A DNA stretch of 32,000 bases from Promethearchaeota archaeon. Lineage in GTDB: Archaea > Asgardarchaeota > Lokiarchaeia > Sigyniarchaeales > SOKP01. How positions within the stretch are numbered: the first letter of the stretch is position 1; each line of letters begins with the position of its first letter. The stretch spans positions 120,001 to 152,000 of the forward strand of contig JAUWGH010000003.1 of the NCBI GenBank assembly GCA_030606485.1, in the 5' to 3' direction. The notes below the pieces were generated by a model, which made no database searches, was not told where the DNA came from, and worked only from the letters and a program-made list of their open reading frames with translations. Below are positions 9,298 to 18,719 of this stretch, in pieces. Both the position numbers and the translations under genes were made by a program.

Positions 9298-10047
9298 TTA
9301 TTGATTTACTTCATTTATTGTTGATATTTGAGTATTAGGCCCATTAGGCTTTTTTTTTAAGAGTTCAGTTAGTACGACAGAATTAAAACTAAACAACATT
9401 CTAGGAATATAATCTTCAGCTAAATATGGACCATCTGGGACCGCTTCTTTTAAAGGGAATAATTTTTTCTCTTTTATTGTAGAACCTACCGTGTCATACT
9501 CCCTATAGGCATAAAGCTGATTTTTAACAATTACTAAATCTCTTTCATAGCCCTGTGGAAGTCCTGATTTTTCTAATATTAATATTATCTTCTCATGAGA
9601 TAATTCTTCAAGTAATTCAAGATCTTCTTTTTTCCCTACATAAGCAGGGCCCAATTCCTCAGCTTCAAAATCCTCCTCCTCTTCTAAACCTACAAATATT
9701 TTAAAGCCTTTAGTTTCATCACCCTCATCCACGGAGGTTATTTTATACGATAATCCATACTGATCTCTTAAACTTGGAGCAGTCTTTGCTGAAATAAACT
9801 TCATTCTGGTTGTCGTTTCAGATCCTTGCCAAATCCAAACTCGGAAATGATCTGGGTCCATAAATAATATTATAAACTCTGGATTAAGCAATTCAAACAA
9901 TTCTAAATCTTCTTCAATTTCTAATTCTTCATATTCCCCTAATTCATCATTAAATTGGAACACCTTTAATTCTTGTTTTATAATTGGAGGAATTCCATTA
10001 TCTTCTTTTTTAACTTCTTTCTGTGGATTTTCTTGTTTGTCAGACAT
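9298..10047 (-). CDS. Asgard gelsolin-domain protein with acidic linker and additional C-terminal domain
   Basis: IILFMD....VWIWQGS..TTRMKF.SA..A...RD...ITSVDEGDET..F gelsolin-repeat pattern; second domain GLPQGYERDLVIV.. Confidence 0.8.
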   Translation of the reverse strand: MSDKQENPQKEVKKEDNGIPPIIKQELKVFQFNDELGEYEELEIEEDLELFELLNPEFIILFMDPDHFRVWIWQGSETTTRMKFISAKTAPSLRDQYGLSYKITSVDEGDETKGFKIFVGLEEEEDFEAEELGPAYVGKKEDLELLEELSHEKIILILEKSGLPQGYERDLVIVKNQLYAYREYDTVGSTIKEKKLFPLKEAVPDGPYLAEDYIPRMLFSFNSVVLTELLKKKPNGPNTQISTINEVNQ

Positions 10048-10250
10048 TTAACTTAACTCTTAATTAATGATTCAGATTAATTATTATAATATTATATAGA
10101 ATATAGACAATAAAATAATTTCATATTCAACTATGAAGTTAAGTTAGAAAATATTAAAAAAAAGAAAAAATCGAATTTTTTCAATTATATTTGAAATGAT
10201 GTCAGTAATAAATTTCTTTGAATTAATTTTTTATGGTTTTGTAGAGGAAG

Positions 10251-10335
10251 TGCAGGAAGAGAGATTTGAACTCTCGAAGGCCTACGCCACTGGATTCTGA
10301 GTCCAGCACCTTTGACCAGACTTGGCGATTCCCGC
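10251..10335 (-). tRNA. tRNA-Leu(CAG), CCA not encoded
   Basis: Acceptor GCGGGAA/TTCCTGC, anticodon arm CTGGA-CT-CAG-AA-TCCAG, long variable arm, T arm GAGAG-TTCAAAT-CTCTC, discriminator A. Confidence 0.97.
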
Positions 10336-10431
10336 TATTTTATAAATTAAATAATATAAAAAGATTTTCTATGTAATAAATAATCTAAGAAATAATAATT
10401 TTTGAAATTAATTCAAGTTAAAATTGTGTTT

Positions 10432-10710
10432 TTAAATTTTAGAATATAGTTGTCTCACTAACATCGCACTAAGATCCTCCTTAGGCATAAACCCAACAAT
10501 ATTTTTTCCACCATTTATTCTTATGGTGGGCAATTTTAAAATATCTTTTGTTGGAATTTTATCTACATCCACTTTTTTTATACGGAAATTATAAAATTTT
10601 TGTAAATCTAATAGAATTTCTTCCATTTTTCCGCAAAAATAACAATGCTCGGAAGTAAATATCTCAACTTGAGGGATTCTTTTTTGTTTTTTTGAGGCTT
10701 CGCTTGCCAA
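10432..10710 (-). CDS. Thioredoxin/glutaredoxin-like protein
   Basis: VEIFTSEHCYFC (CxxC), LPT cis-Pro region, IVG. Confidence 0.85.
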   Translation of the reverse strand: MASEASKKQKRIPQVEIFTSEHCYFCGKMEEILLDLQKFYNFRIKKVDVDKIPTKDILKLPTIRINGGKNIVGFMPKEDLSAMLVRQLYSKI

Positions 10711-10843
10711 TCTAATTCCTTAAATTTAGAATAAAATAACCTGCTTAATAGAGGTATCTAAAGGGAAATTGACAATAAATAAATGAAAAAATAGTGTGTT
10801 ATGAGGATAATATTATATTGAATCTAAGAAGAGAGACATTTGA

Positions 10844-12178
10844 TTAAAAAAAGCTATCAATAGTTTTTTGAGTTTTAATAAAATTGATTAATTTACTGTA
10901 TTTTTTCCAATATTTTAAATCAACCATTAATCCTTCAGACATTTTATTTAGAGCTGTATCGAAATTATCTATAATTAAAGGTTTGTTGAAATCCATTGCA
11001 TTTTTAACGGTTTCTCTAATGACCCATACTCCCAATGGGACATTATATCCCGCTGAAACTTCGCGAAATACCAAAACTCTTGCTTGTCTTTTTATTTTAT
11101 AAAGATATTCACATATTGATTTAAGTGCTGAATAATATGCCCCGGTTATATTACTTGCGTAATTTTTCCTACCACGATAAAATTCCATATCACTTGCAAT
11201 TTGGGGTTGCAGAGGTATTTTTTTCCCCGAAAGAGAGGTATTCCATAGAGAATTTGGAGCCCATACTTCATTCATTTCATATAAAAATTTTCCGGGAAAT
11301 AATAAAATTTTGAAGTGGTTATCAAGATAAATTGATTCAAAAATTTGAAAATTATTAATTTCAGGGAATTTTTTAATCTCTTTAATCAATCGTTTAGATA
11401 TAATATCATCAATGGCTGTTATAGACCATCTTGTTGGAACTAACTTACGTTTTTTTTCTTCACCTAGCAATCCAGCTGAAAATACTCTTTGAATTGTTGA
11501 AAATGGAACGCGTCCCTTTAAGAATAAGTAATCCCCTATTGCCTCACTTGCTTTCAAATCCGTATCCGAAACGCAATATTCAACTTTAGGATGGACTTTT
11601 ACATTCTCAGTAATTCTTATTTTTGTAGTTGTTCCAGATGGTCCAATCGGCAAGGCATGGTTATCCATTATAAGATTAAGATTTAATTTTTCTATGTATG
11701 TTTCAGTATCTACAGGTCTAGCCGCCATTGAAAGTTCTTGTGAAGTCTCTAGTAATTTTTTAACTTGAGTTGGGGGGGTTGTTTTGGATTTTTTACTCCG
11801 ATAATTAACATTTATCTTAAAATTACTCCGAACTAAGCTACTTCGATAACTTATGACATCGTCAGATTGCTTTCCATACCATAATTCTGGAGCATCAAGA
11901 ATATGAAAATCACTAAGATTTAATTTTTCTACATATTCTCTAAACGGGACTAAAGGTCCAACAAATACTTTCGGATAATTGTACCTTCCTACGAAGAAGC
12001 CGGGAGGACTGGGACCAAATACATCTATATTATGTAAGGTTTTACCCAATTCAAAAGGTAAAATGGATTTTAAAATAGATGTTTTCTTTAAAATCGGACA
12101 AGTCTTTTTTCCACATAAGAGTCTTGCTCCTTTGCATCGGATACAAATATTTTTTTCTGTCGGAGGGGGACGTACCAA
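10844..12178 (-). CDS. nreA: Archaeal Nre-family DNA repair protein with C-terminal PIP box
   Basis: C.RCKG.R.LCG...CPIL; GPSPPGFFVGRYNYP; LVPTRWSITAIDD; C-terminal QKTIDSFF (Qxx[ILM]xxFF). Confidence 0.93.
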   Translation of the reverse strand: MVRPPPTEKNICIRCKGARLLCGKKTCPILKKTSILKSILPFELGKTLHNIDVFGPSPPGFFVGRYNYPKVFVGPLVPFREYVEKLNLSDFHILDAPELWYGKQSDDVISYRSSLVRSNFKINVNYRSKKSKTTPPTQVKKLLETSQELSMAARPVDTETYIEKLNLNLIMDNHALPIGPSGTTTKIRITENVKVHPKVEYCVSDTDLKASEAIGDYLFLKGRVPFSTIQRVFSAGLLGEEKKRKLVPTRWSITAIDDIISKRLIKEIKKFPEINNFQIFESIYLDNHFKILLFPGKFLYEMNEVWAPNSLWNTSLSGKKIPLQPQIASDMEFYRGRKNYASNITGAYYSALKSICEYLYKIKRQARVLVFREVSAGYNVPLGVWVIRETVKNAMDFNKPLIIDNFDTALNKMSEGLMVDLKYWKKYSKLINFIKTQKTIDSFF

Positions 12179-12318
12179 TCTATTTTATCTCGAAATGAGT
12201 TAATGTTATTATGAAAAGATTATCTTTTAATTTATAAAAAAAGAATAGGTGTAAAAAATTTTCCTAAATAAAATTTATACTTCTTGAACAAAAGAAATTT
12301 TTTAAAAGAATGATATAA

Positions 12319-12537
12319 TTAAATTTTTTCATTAGAATATTTTTCAATTATATAATTTTGCAAACTCCACGCGTATTTTTTCATATTTAAAGTTAAAACT
12401 TTTTGATGAACTTCTCTCAGGAAATTCACATCTAATTTATTTAAAAGTGATTCAAAATGATCAATTGTATCAAATATTTCAACAATTAATTTCCAATCTT
12501 CAGCCCATTCCTCATCTTGGGCATTAATACATTCCAT
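12319..12537 (-). CDS. Small hypothetical helical protein (72 aa)
   Basis: Fills the intergenic gap; GAGGT Shine-Dalgarno-like motif 9 nt before ATG; natural-looking composition. Confidence 0.7.
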   Translation of the reverse strand: MECINAQDEEWAEDWKLIVEIFDTIDHFESLLNKLDVNFLREVHQKVLTLNMKKYAWSLQNYIIEKYSNEKI

Positions 12538-12690
12538 ATTATATTAACCTCTAATAATTTTTCATTCTTCCTAAATTTCGTATAGATTCGAGTATATAAA
12601 TAATCTTATATTTTAGACAATTTAAAACTAATATCACACTATGTTTATTATAAAAATATAAATAAATTTCAATTTTTTAATATTTAAATT

Positions 12691-14652
12691 ATGGGAAACG
12701 GATTTTTTGGTAAGATTTTATGGATAGACTTTTCTGATGAGACATTTAAGGAAGAAAACTTATCTGAAAGTATTTATCGGCAATATCTTGGCGGTTATGG
12801 ATTGGGTTGTAAATTAATTTATGAGAATACTCCAATAAAATATGATCCTTTAGGTCCAGATTCAATATTCGGTTTTTTTCCAGGTTTATTAACTGGATCT
12901 ACAGCTCCTTGTTCTGGTCGATATATGGTTGCCGGGAAGTCTCCTCTAACGGGAACATGGGGAGATGCCAATTCGGGAGGCACTTTTGGTCCAGAGATTA
13001 AAAAATGTGGGTATGATGCAATTTTGTTTAAAGGAATTGCTGAAAGTCCAAAATATGTAACAATTATTGAAGATGAAAAGAGTATTCATGATGCCAATGA
13101 TATTTGGGGTCTTGATGTCATCAAAGCAGAGGAAAAATTAAAGAAAAAGCATGGTAAATTTGTTAAAACGGCGGGTATAGGCAAAGCAGGAGAAAATATT
13201 TCCTTAATTTCAGGAATTGTGAATGATAGAGGTCGAATCGCAGCAAGATCTGGAATAGGAGCAATAATGGGTTCAAAAAAGGTTAAGATGTTAGTTCTTA
13301 AAGGAAATAAACAAATGTCTTTAGCAAATAAAAGAGATTTATTAAAATATACCAAATCATATAATAGTGAAAAAAACCCATCACCAGGAAAATTTAGAAA
13401 ATCTTTAATAAAGAAGATCCCTGGGATCCCTAAGTTATTAAGAAGGTTACATATTCCATTTAAAGGTCCTGGCAAAATATTAACTCAAATTTATCAAGTT
13501 TTTGGGACATCTATAGGAAATACATTATTAGCTGAAATTGGAGATTCTCCAGTTAAAAATTGGGGTGGTATTGGACAATTTGATTTTCCACCAAACAGAT
13601 CTACAGAAATATCCACAGTAAGAATAAACAACTATAAACAAAGGGATTATGGATGTCTTACTTGCCCAATTCAGTGTGGAGCAATTTTAAAAGTTCCAGA
13701 ACTTGGATTAGAAGAAACGTATCTCCCAGAATATGAAACTTGTTGTGCTTTTGGGACACTTTTACTTAATAATGATCTTTTATCAATAATCACACTTAAC
13801 GATTTATGCAATCGTGCGAGTATAGATACGATATCTACTGGTGTAACTGTAGCTTTTGCAATTGAATGTTTTGAGAATGGAATTATTACAATAGATGATA
13901 CAAATGGACTTGAATTAGGGTGGGGGAAGTCAGATTCTATTGTAGAACTAGTTAAACTGATGATAAATCGGGAAGGTATTGGAGATATTTTAGCTGATGG
14001 TGTAAAAAAGGCATCAGAAAAAATTGGTAGAGGGAGTGAGAAGTTTGCCATGCATTCATTCGGACAAGAAATTGCAATGCATGATCCGAAATTTATCGAA
14101 TCTCTTGGTTGTACTTATGCATTTGACCCAACCCCCGGAAGACATACAGCGGCAAGTATAGATTTCATGAATCTTGGACCTATCAATAAATACATGAAAG
14201 GGTTTTCTTTACCAAAAAAATGGAAAAAGAATAAGGAAGCAAAATATAAAGGACAAATGCTTGTCAGTGGTTTACAGCAAGTTATAAATTGCCTAGGTTT
14301 ATGCACATTTACTACATTGTTTGGCTCGTATCCCTCAAAAGAGATAATAGAATCAATTACTGGTTGGGATATCTCTACTGATGAGCTAATTAAAACGGGT
14401 TTAAGAATTCAAACATTAAGACAATCCTTTACAATTCGAGAGGGGGTTAAGATTGCTGAAAATTATTTACCATCAAGGGTAATTGGAGAGCCACCTTTTG
14501 AGAAAGGGCCTACTAAAGGAATAACTGTAGATTATCGAGAATTTTATGAAGGTGTTTGCAAAGAAATGGGTTGGAATCCACAAAATGGATATCCTTTAAA
14601 AGAAACTCTCGTTGATTTAAATTTGGATTTTGTTATAAAGGATCTTTATTAA
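12691..14652 (+). CDS. aor: Aldehyde:ferredoxin oxidoreductase family (W-pterin, 4Fe-4S)
   Basis: KSPLTG.WGDANSGG, GR.A.RSGIGAIMGSK..K, CLTCPIQC, PEYET, DTISTG, GLCTF motifs. Confidence 0.95.
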   Translation: MGNGFFGKILWIDFSDETFKEENLSESIYRQYLGGYGLGCKLIYENTPIKYDPLGPDSIFGFFPGLLTGSTAPCSGRYMVAGKSPLTGTWGDANSGGTFGPEIKKCGYDAILFKGIAESPKYVTIIEDEKSIHDANDIWGLDVIKAEEKLKKKHGKFVKTAGIGKAGENISLISGIVNDRGRIAARSGIGAIMGSKKVKMLVLKGNKQMSLANKRDLLKYTKSYNSEKNPSPGKFRKSLIKKIPGIPKLLRRLHIPFKGPGKILTQIYQVFGTSIGNTLLAEIGDSPVKNWGGIGQFDFPPNRSTEISTVRINNYKQRDYGCLTCPIQCGAILKVPELGLEETYLPEYETCCAFGTLLLNNDLLSIITLNDLCNRASIDTISTGVTVAFAIECFENGIITIDDTNGLELGWGKSDSIVELVKLMINREGIGDILADGVKKASEKIGRGSEKFAMHSFGQEIAMHDPKFIESLGCTYAFDPTPGRHTAASIDFMNLGPINKYMKGFSLPKKWKKNKEAKYKGQMLVSGLQQVINCLGLCTFTTLFGSYPSKEIIESITGWDISTDELIKTGLRIQTLRQSFTIREGVKIAENYLPSRVIGEPPFEKGPTKGITVDYREFYEGVCKEMGWNPQNGYPLKETLVDLNLDFVIKDLY

Positions 14653-14691
14653 TTTAATTTTTTTCAAAAAAGAATAATAAAAATTTTAAAT

Positions 14692-15246
14692 TTAACTGGT
14701 CCAAAATATTGATCTGCCTTCTTTTTTCGTTCTTTTAATTTGGTGAGCACTCTCAAGGTCATTCATGATTTTCCAAATTTGGGAATTACTTAATTTGAAA
14801 TATCTCCTCAATTCTGGTGTTGACATTTCTGTTCCCTTTAAGAGATTCGTGAGAATTCTTTTAACTTCATCGATATCTTCCTCTACATTGTCTACTTTAT
14901 CATCAAGATCATCATTTTCTTCGGATTCAATATCAGTTATCATTTTAATTGCAATTTTATTTAATTCTTTTATATTTTTTTCAATTCCAATAGGTTTCAT
15001 GAAAAGACAACACAATTCTAAACCTTTTGGAAAAGCTACAATGTAAAAATTATCATATAAAATAGCTCTTGGTTTTTTTCCTGCATTTCCACCACGAAAA
15101 GATAAATAAAAGTTAGTTGCGAATTCATCCAAATTAATTTTTAAAGGAGTTTTCACAAATTCCGATTTCCATTTTAGAAATGGACCACTAATCATATCAA
15201 AACCGATTAATGCTGCACTTATTAATTCATTTTTTACAAATTTCAT
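14692..15246 (-). CDS. Longin/uDENN-like N-terminal domain + acidic linker + C-terminal winged-helix domain
   Basis: AALIGFDMISGP (FD..xGP) start, beta/alpha pattern; MSTPELRRYFKLSNSQIWKIMNDLE....IKRTKKEGRSIFW wHTH pattern. Confidence 0.65.
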   Translation of the reverse strand: MKFVKNELISAALIGFDMISGPFLKWKSEFVKTPLKINLDEFATNFYLSFRGGNAGKKPRAILYDNFYIVAFPKGLELCCLFMKPIGIEKNIKELNKIAIKMITDIESEENDDLDDKVDNVEEDIDEVKRILTNLLKGTEMSTPELRRYFKLSNSQIWKIMNDLESAHQIKRTKKEGRSIFWTS

Positions 15247-15249
15247 TTA

Positions 15250-15795
15250 TTATCTCATCCTTTTTCTTATTGAAGCTTTATCTAATTCATTTTTAATAAC
15301 ATTAAATATTTTTTCTCTTTCATTAGAATCAATAGCAGTGCATCCATAAGTTTTTACTTGGAGTACATTCTCAACTCTATTAGTTTCCATATGTCCAGGT
15401 AAATCTTGTTTATTTGCGAGAGCAATGATATGACTCTCACTATCAATGTTTTTATTCGCTATTTTAATTAATTTCTTAGAATTAAGGACATTCCTAGGTG
15501 TCGAATCAGTTACTACAAAAATGAGATCACTTCCAAATATAAAACTTTTTAAATTCATTTTCAGATAAGATTTCTGGCCTCCAAAATCCCATAAACTAAT
15601 AATATTGTTACCGAATCTAACGGTTTTAAAATCAAATCCTTGTGTTGGGAAATAATGTTGAGTTATTGTATTTTCTGTTAAAAGTTTTAACAGAGTTGTT
15701 TTACCTGTTGCAGGATATCCGATAAAAGAGATTTTTATTGGCATCTCATTTAATTTTTGAACTCTTTGAACTTTAAATGAGTTTAAGTTTATCAT
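15250..15795 (-). CDS. Small Ras-superfamily (Arf/Rab-like) GTPase
   Basis: G1 GYPATGKTT, G2 PTQG, G3 WDFGGQ, G4 NKQD, G5 CTAI. Confidence 0.95.
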   Translation of the reverse strand: MINLNSFKVQRVQKLNEMPIKISFIGYPATGKTTLLKLLTENTITQHYFPTQGFDFKTVRFGNNIISLWDFGGQKSYLKMNLKSFIFGSDLIFVVTDSTPRNVLNSKKLIKIANKNIDSESHIIALANKQDLPGHMETNRVENVLQVKTYGCTAIDSNEREKIFNVIKNELDKASIRKRMR

Positions 15796-16018
15796 ATAAA
15801 AGCCTCAAAATATGTGAATAAATTAATTAAGATCAAAACTATTAATTTGCGTAACATCCAAGTAATATGATGTTCTAAGAAGTAATTTTTTTTCCAACGT
15901 TATATCTTTATAAAATAGATTCTTCCAAATCCTTTAATAATAAAAAGAAAGAAGTTATTGATATTATTGATTAAATAATGGGAATTAAAAAAAACATTAA
16001 TTACAAAGTGATGTCATA

Positions 16019-17221
16019 ATGAAGAATATTGAAAATTTGTTGAAAACAGCATTGGAAAAAGGAGAAGGTATTCTTCGTTTGTTTCCCAACTGGGTACCAC
16101 GGGCATTTACCATACCTGGAAGACGTCTAAAATTGCATCCTAATGATTATTATTCATTTGGGGCTCATAGGGGAGGTATAGATGAAAGATGGTTCGCGTC
16201 AACAATTAATGCAGATAACGGACCAGAAACCTTGCCAGATGAAGGATTGAGTTATATTTACATAGAAGATGGCACTCAAAAAGAAAAAATTCTATTAAAA
16301 GATGCAATTGAATGTATGGGCGATAAGATATTAGGAAAAAAAGTAATGAAAAAGTTCAGTGGATGGGTAATGTTTGCTAAATTTTTTGACAATATGGAAC
16401 CAATACCGCTTCACTTACATCAAAATGATAAGCTTGCGGCTCTCGTTGGGCAAAAGGGGAAACCTGAAGGTTATTATTTTCCCAAACAATTAAATAATCA
16501 TTCCGGATACTTCCCCTATACTTATTTTGGTTTAAATCCAGGAACAACCAAAGATGATGTAAAGTTGTGCTTGAAAAATTGGGATAATGGTGATAATGGG
16601 ATATTATCATTTTCCAAAGCTTATAAACTTGAACTTGGAACTGGATGGGATGTCCCTCCAGGAGTTTTACATGCACCTGGATCACTTCTCACTTATGAAC
16701 CTCAGAAAGCATCAGATGTATTTGCAATGTTTCAATCATTAGCAGGGGATAAATTTATTCCTAAAGATCTACTTGTGAAAGATGTACCTGAAGAATATAA
16801 AAAAGATCTTGATTACATAGTTGATATGATAGATTGGGAACTAAATCTGGATCCAGATTTTCATAAGAATAGATTTTTAGAACCGAAACCGGTTAAGCCT
16901 ATTGAAGAAATGAGAGAAGAAGGATATGAGGAATATTGGATCGTGTATAATTCCGACTTCTTTGCTGCAAAAGAATTAACAATACACCCAAAAAAATCCA
17001 TTATTACAAAAGAAAAAGGTGCATATGGATTAATCGTGATTCAAGGGAAAGGGAAATTTGGAGTATTAGATATTGAATCACCTGCAATAATTAGGTTTGG
17101 GCAGATGACTAATGATGAATTATTTATTACATTTAATGCTGCCCTTAAAGGAATTGAAATAAAAAATGAAAGCAATTCAGATGACCTAGTAATGCTTAAA
17201 CACATAGGACCTGAAGTTTAA
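16019..17221 (+). CDS. Cupin-fold protein, type I phosphomannose-isomerase-like
   Basis: Putative metal ligands LHLHQ, GKPEGYY, GVLHAPG, YEPQKASD; ERW near the N-terminus. Confidence 0.65.
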   Translation: MKNIENLLKTALEKGEGILRLFPNWVPRAFTIPGRRLKLHPNDYYSFGAHRGGIDERWFASTINADNGPETLPDEGLSYIYIEDGTQKEKILLKDAIECMGDKILGKKVMKKFSGWVMFAKFFDNMEPIPLHLHQNDKLAALVGQKGKPEGYYFPKQLNNHSGYFPYTYFGLNPGTTKDDVKLCLKNWDNGDNGILSFSKAYKLELGTGWDVPPGVLHAPGSLLTYEPQKASDVFAMFQSLAGDKFIPKDLLVKDVPEEYKKDLDYIVDMIDWELNLDPDFHKNRFLEPKPVKPIEEMREEGYEEYWIVYNSDFFAAKELTIHPKKSIITKEKGAYGLIVIQGKGKFGVLDIESPAIIRFGQMTNDELFITFNAALKGIEIKNESNSDDLVMLKHIGPEV

Positions 17222-17267
17222 TTCATTTGAAATATAAAATTTAGGAAGTCTATTTTTAGGAAAATTC

Positions 17268-17858
17268 TTATTTTATTTTTACAACTACAGTATTCGAAGC
17301 ATTTTGCATAATTCTAAGTCTATTTCCCTTAATTTCATAGTTTGCAATATACCCAACAATTAAATCAATTAAAAATAGTAAGTTGCTTCCTCTTAAGAGG
17401 TTATTAATTGCATACTTTTCTTTAGATGTTGTTTCAAATGAATTCGCATCTACTGTTCTTAATCCTAAAATCTTCTTACCAATAGTCTGTCCTTTGTTAT
17501 ATGTTTCAAACAACCAATAATAACTAAAACCAACAATCCAATTGATTAGATCTATAAAATTTGGAATAAATAAGTCTAATACAGTTTGTCTTCTTAGTAT
17601 TGGAAATGGTAATGCGATTATATATCCAATTATGGTGATAAACATCATATCAATAATAAATGCAATTAAACGCTCCCAAGTTCTCGCAAAAATTATTCCT
17701 TTTCCAGGAATTCTAGCGCTTTTTTTAAGGTCAATATAAGATTCTTCTTTCTTTCGACGAATTCTTTCTTCTTCAGTTATTTCATAACCACAAGCACAAA
17801 AATGGACTCCAATACCTAATTGTGCTCCACATTTTGGGCAATATTTCATAAATTCCAA
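17268..17858 (-). CDS. Zn-ribbon + RDD family membrane protein (probable start ATG 17849)
   Basis: CPKCG..HFCACG; WERLIAFIID; GQTIGKKILGLRTVD; R..Q.ASNTVVVK. Confidence 0.88.
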   Translation of the reverse strand: MEFMKYCPKCGAQLGIGVHFCACGYEITEEERIRRKKEESYIDLKKSARIPGKGIIFARTWERLIAFIIDMMFITIIGYIIALPFPILRRQTVLDLFIPNFIDLINWIVGFSYYWLFETYNKGQTIGKKILGLRTVDANSFETTSKEKYAINNLLRGSNLLFLIDLIVGYIANYEIKGNRLRIMQNASNTVVVKIK

Positions 17859-18035
17859 TCTATATTTAAAATTCTATGAATAATTCAATTTTAATTGAAA
17901 TATGAGTTTTATCATATTCTATTTTCTTTAATTAAAACCATTGATCCATCATAGTTATAATAATAATTAGTATTATATTCGAAATTAAGAAATTTTGTGA
18001 CCCCAACAAATAAAAAAAAAGAAAAAACTATAGTT

Positions 18036-18608
18036 TTAACTGGTCTTAATAACAGCAGTTCTTGATAAGTTCTGTAAAATTCTTATACGTTTATTTTCCT
18101 CGCCAGAATTAACCAAGATGCCAATAATAAAATCTATTAAAAGCCAGACTGTCCCTCTAGCGAGATTATTGACAGCGTATTGACCTGGTGTTGCAACATC
18201 GAGTGATTCCTCATCGACTGTCCTTAAATGTAGGGCAATTTTTCCTATAGTTTGTCCTTTATTAAAAGCCTCAAGAATAAAAAAGTATCCAAAACCAATC
18301 ACCCAATTTAGTAGATCATTAAAAAAAAGATAGTCAAGAGCAAAGGATAAACCCCACCGGAATGGTATAAAGAAACCTATAACCGTAATAATAATAATAT
18401 CAACAAGATAAGCAAAGAAACGTTCCCAAAATCCAGCATATATATGTGGTCCTTTTATAATTTCCGCAGGTTTTTGAACAGTAGCTTGAGGTTGAGATAC
18501 TTTCGCCTTCGATATCTCTCTAGCACCCATTTTTTTTCCACAGGAGGGACACAATTTAGCACCTGGTTCTAATTTTTCACCACAACTTGGACAAAAATTA
18601 GTAGACAT
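18036..18608 (-). CDS. Zn-ribbon + RDD family membrane protein (paralog of 17268-17858)
   Basis: CPSCG..CPSCG; WERFFAYLVD; GQTIGKIALHLRTVD. Confidence 0.88.
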   Translation of the reverse strand: MSTNFCPSCGEKLEPGAKLCPSCGKKMGAREISKAKVSQPQATVQKPAEIIKGPHIYAGFWERFFAYLVDIIIITVIGFFIPFRWGLSFALDYLFFNDLLNWVIGFGYFFILEAFNKGQTIGKIALHLRTVDEESLDVATPGQYAVNNLARGTVWLLIDFIIGILVNSGEENKRIRILQNLSRTAVIKTS

Positions 18609-18719
18609 ATTTAATCAAATTCAAATTTTTTGTATATTTAGTCTTAATAGAGAATTTTTTATTAAAATGTTATCCTTTTAAAATAAAACTTTTAAAGTAT
18701 TATTAATTAGAGAAGAATT

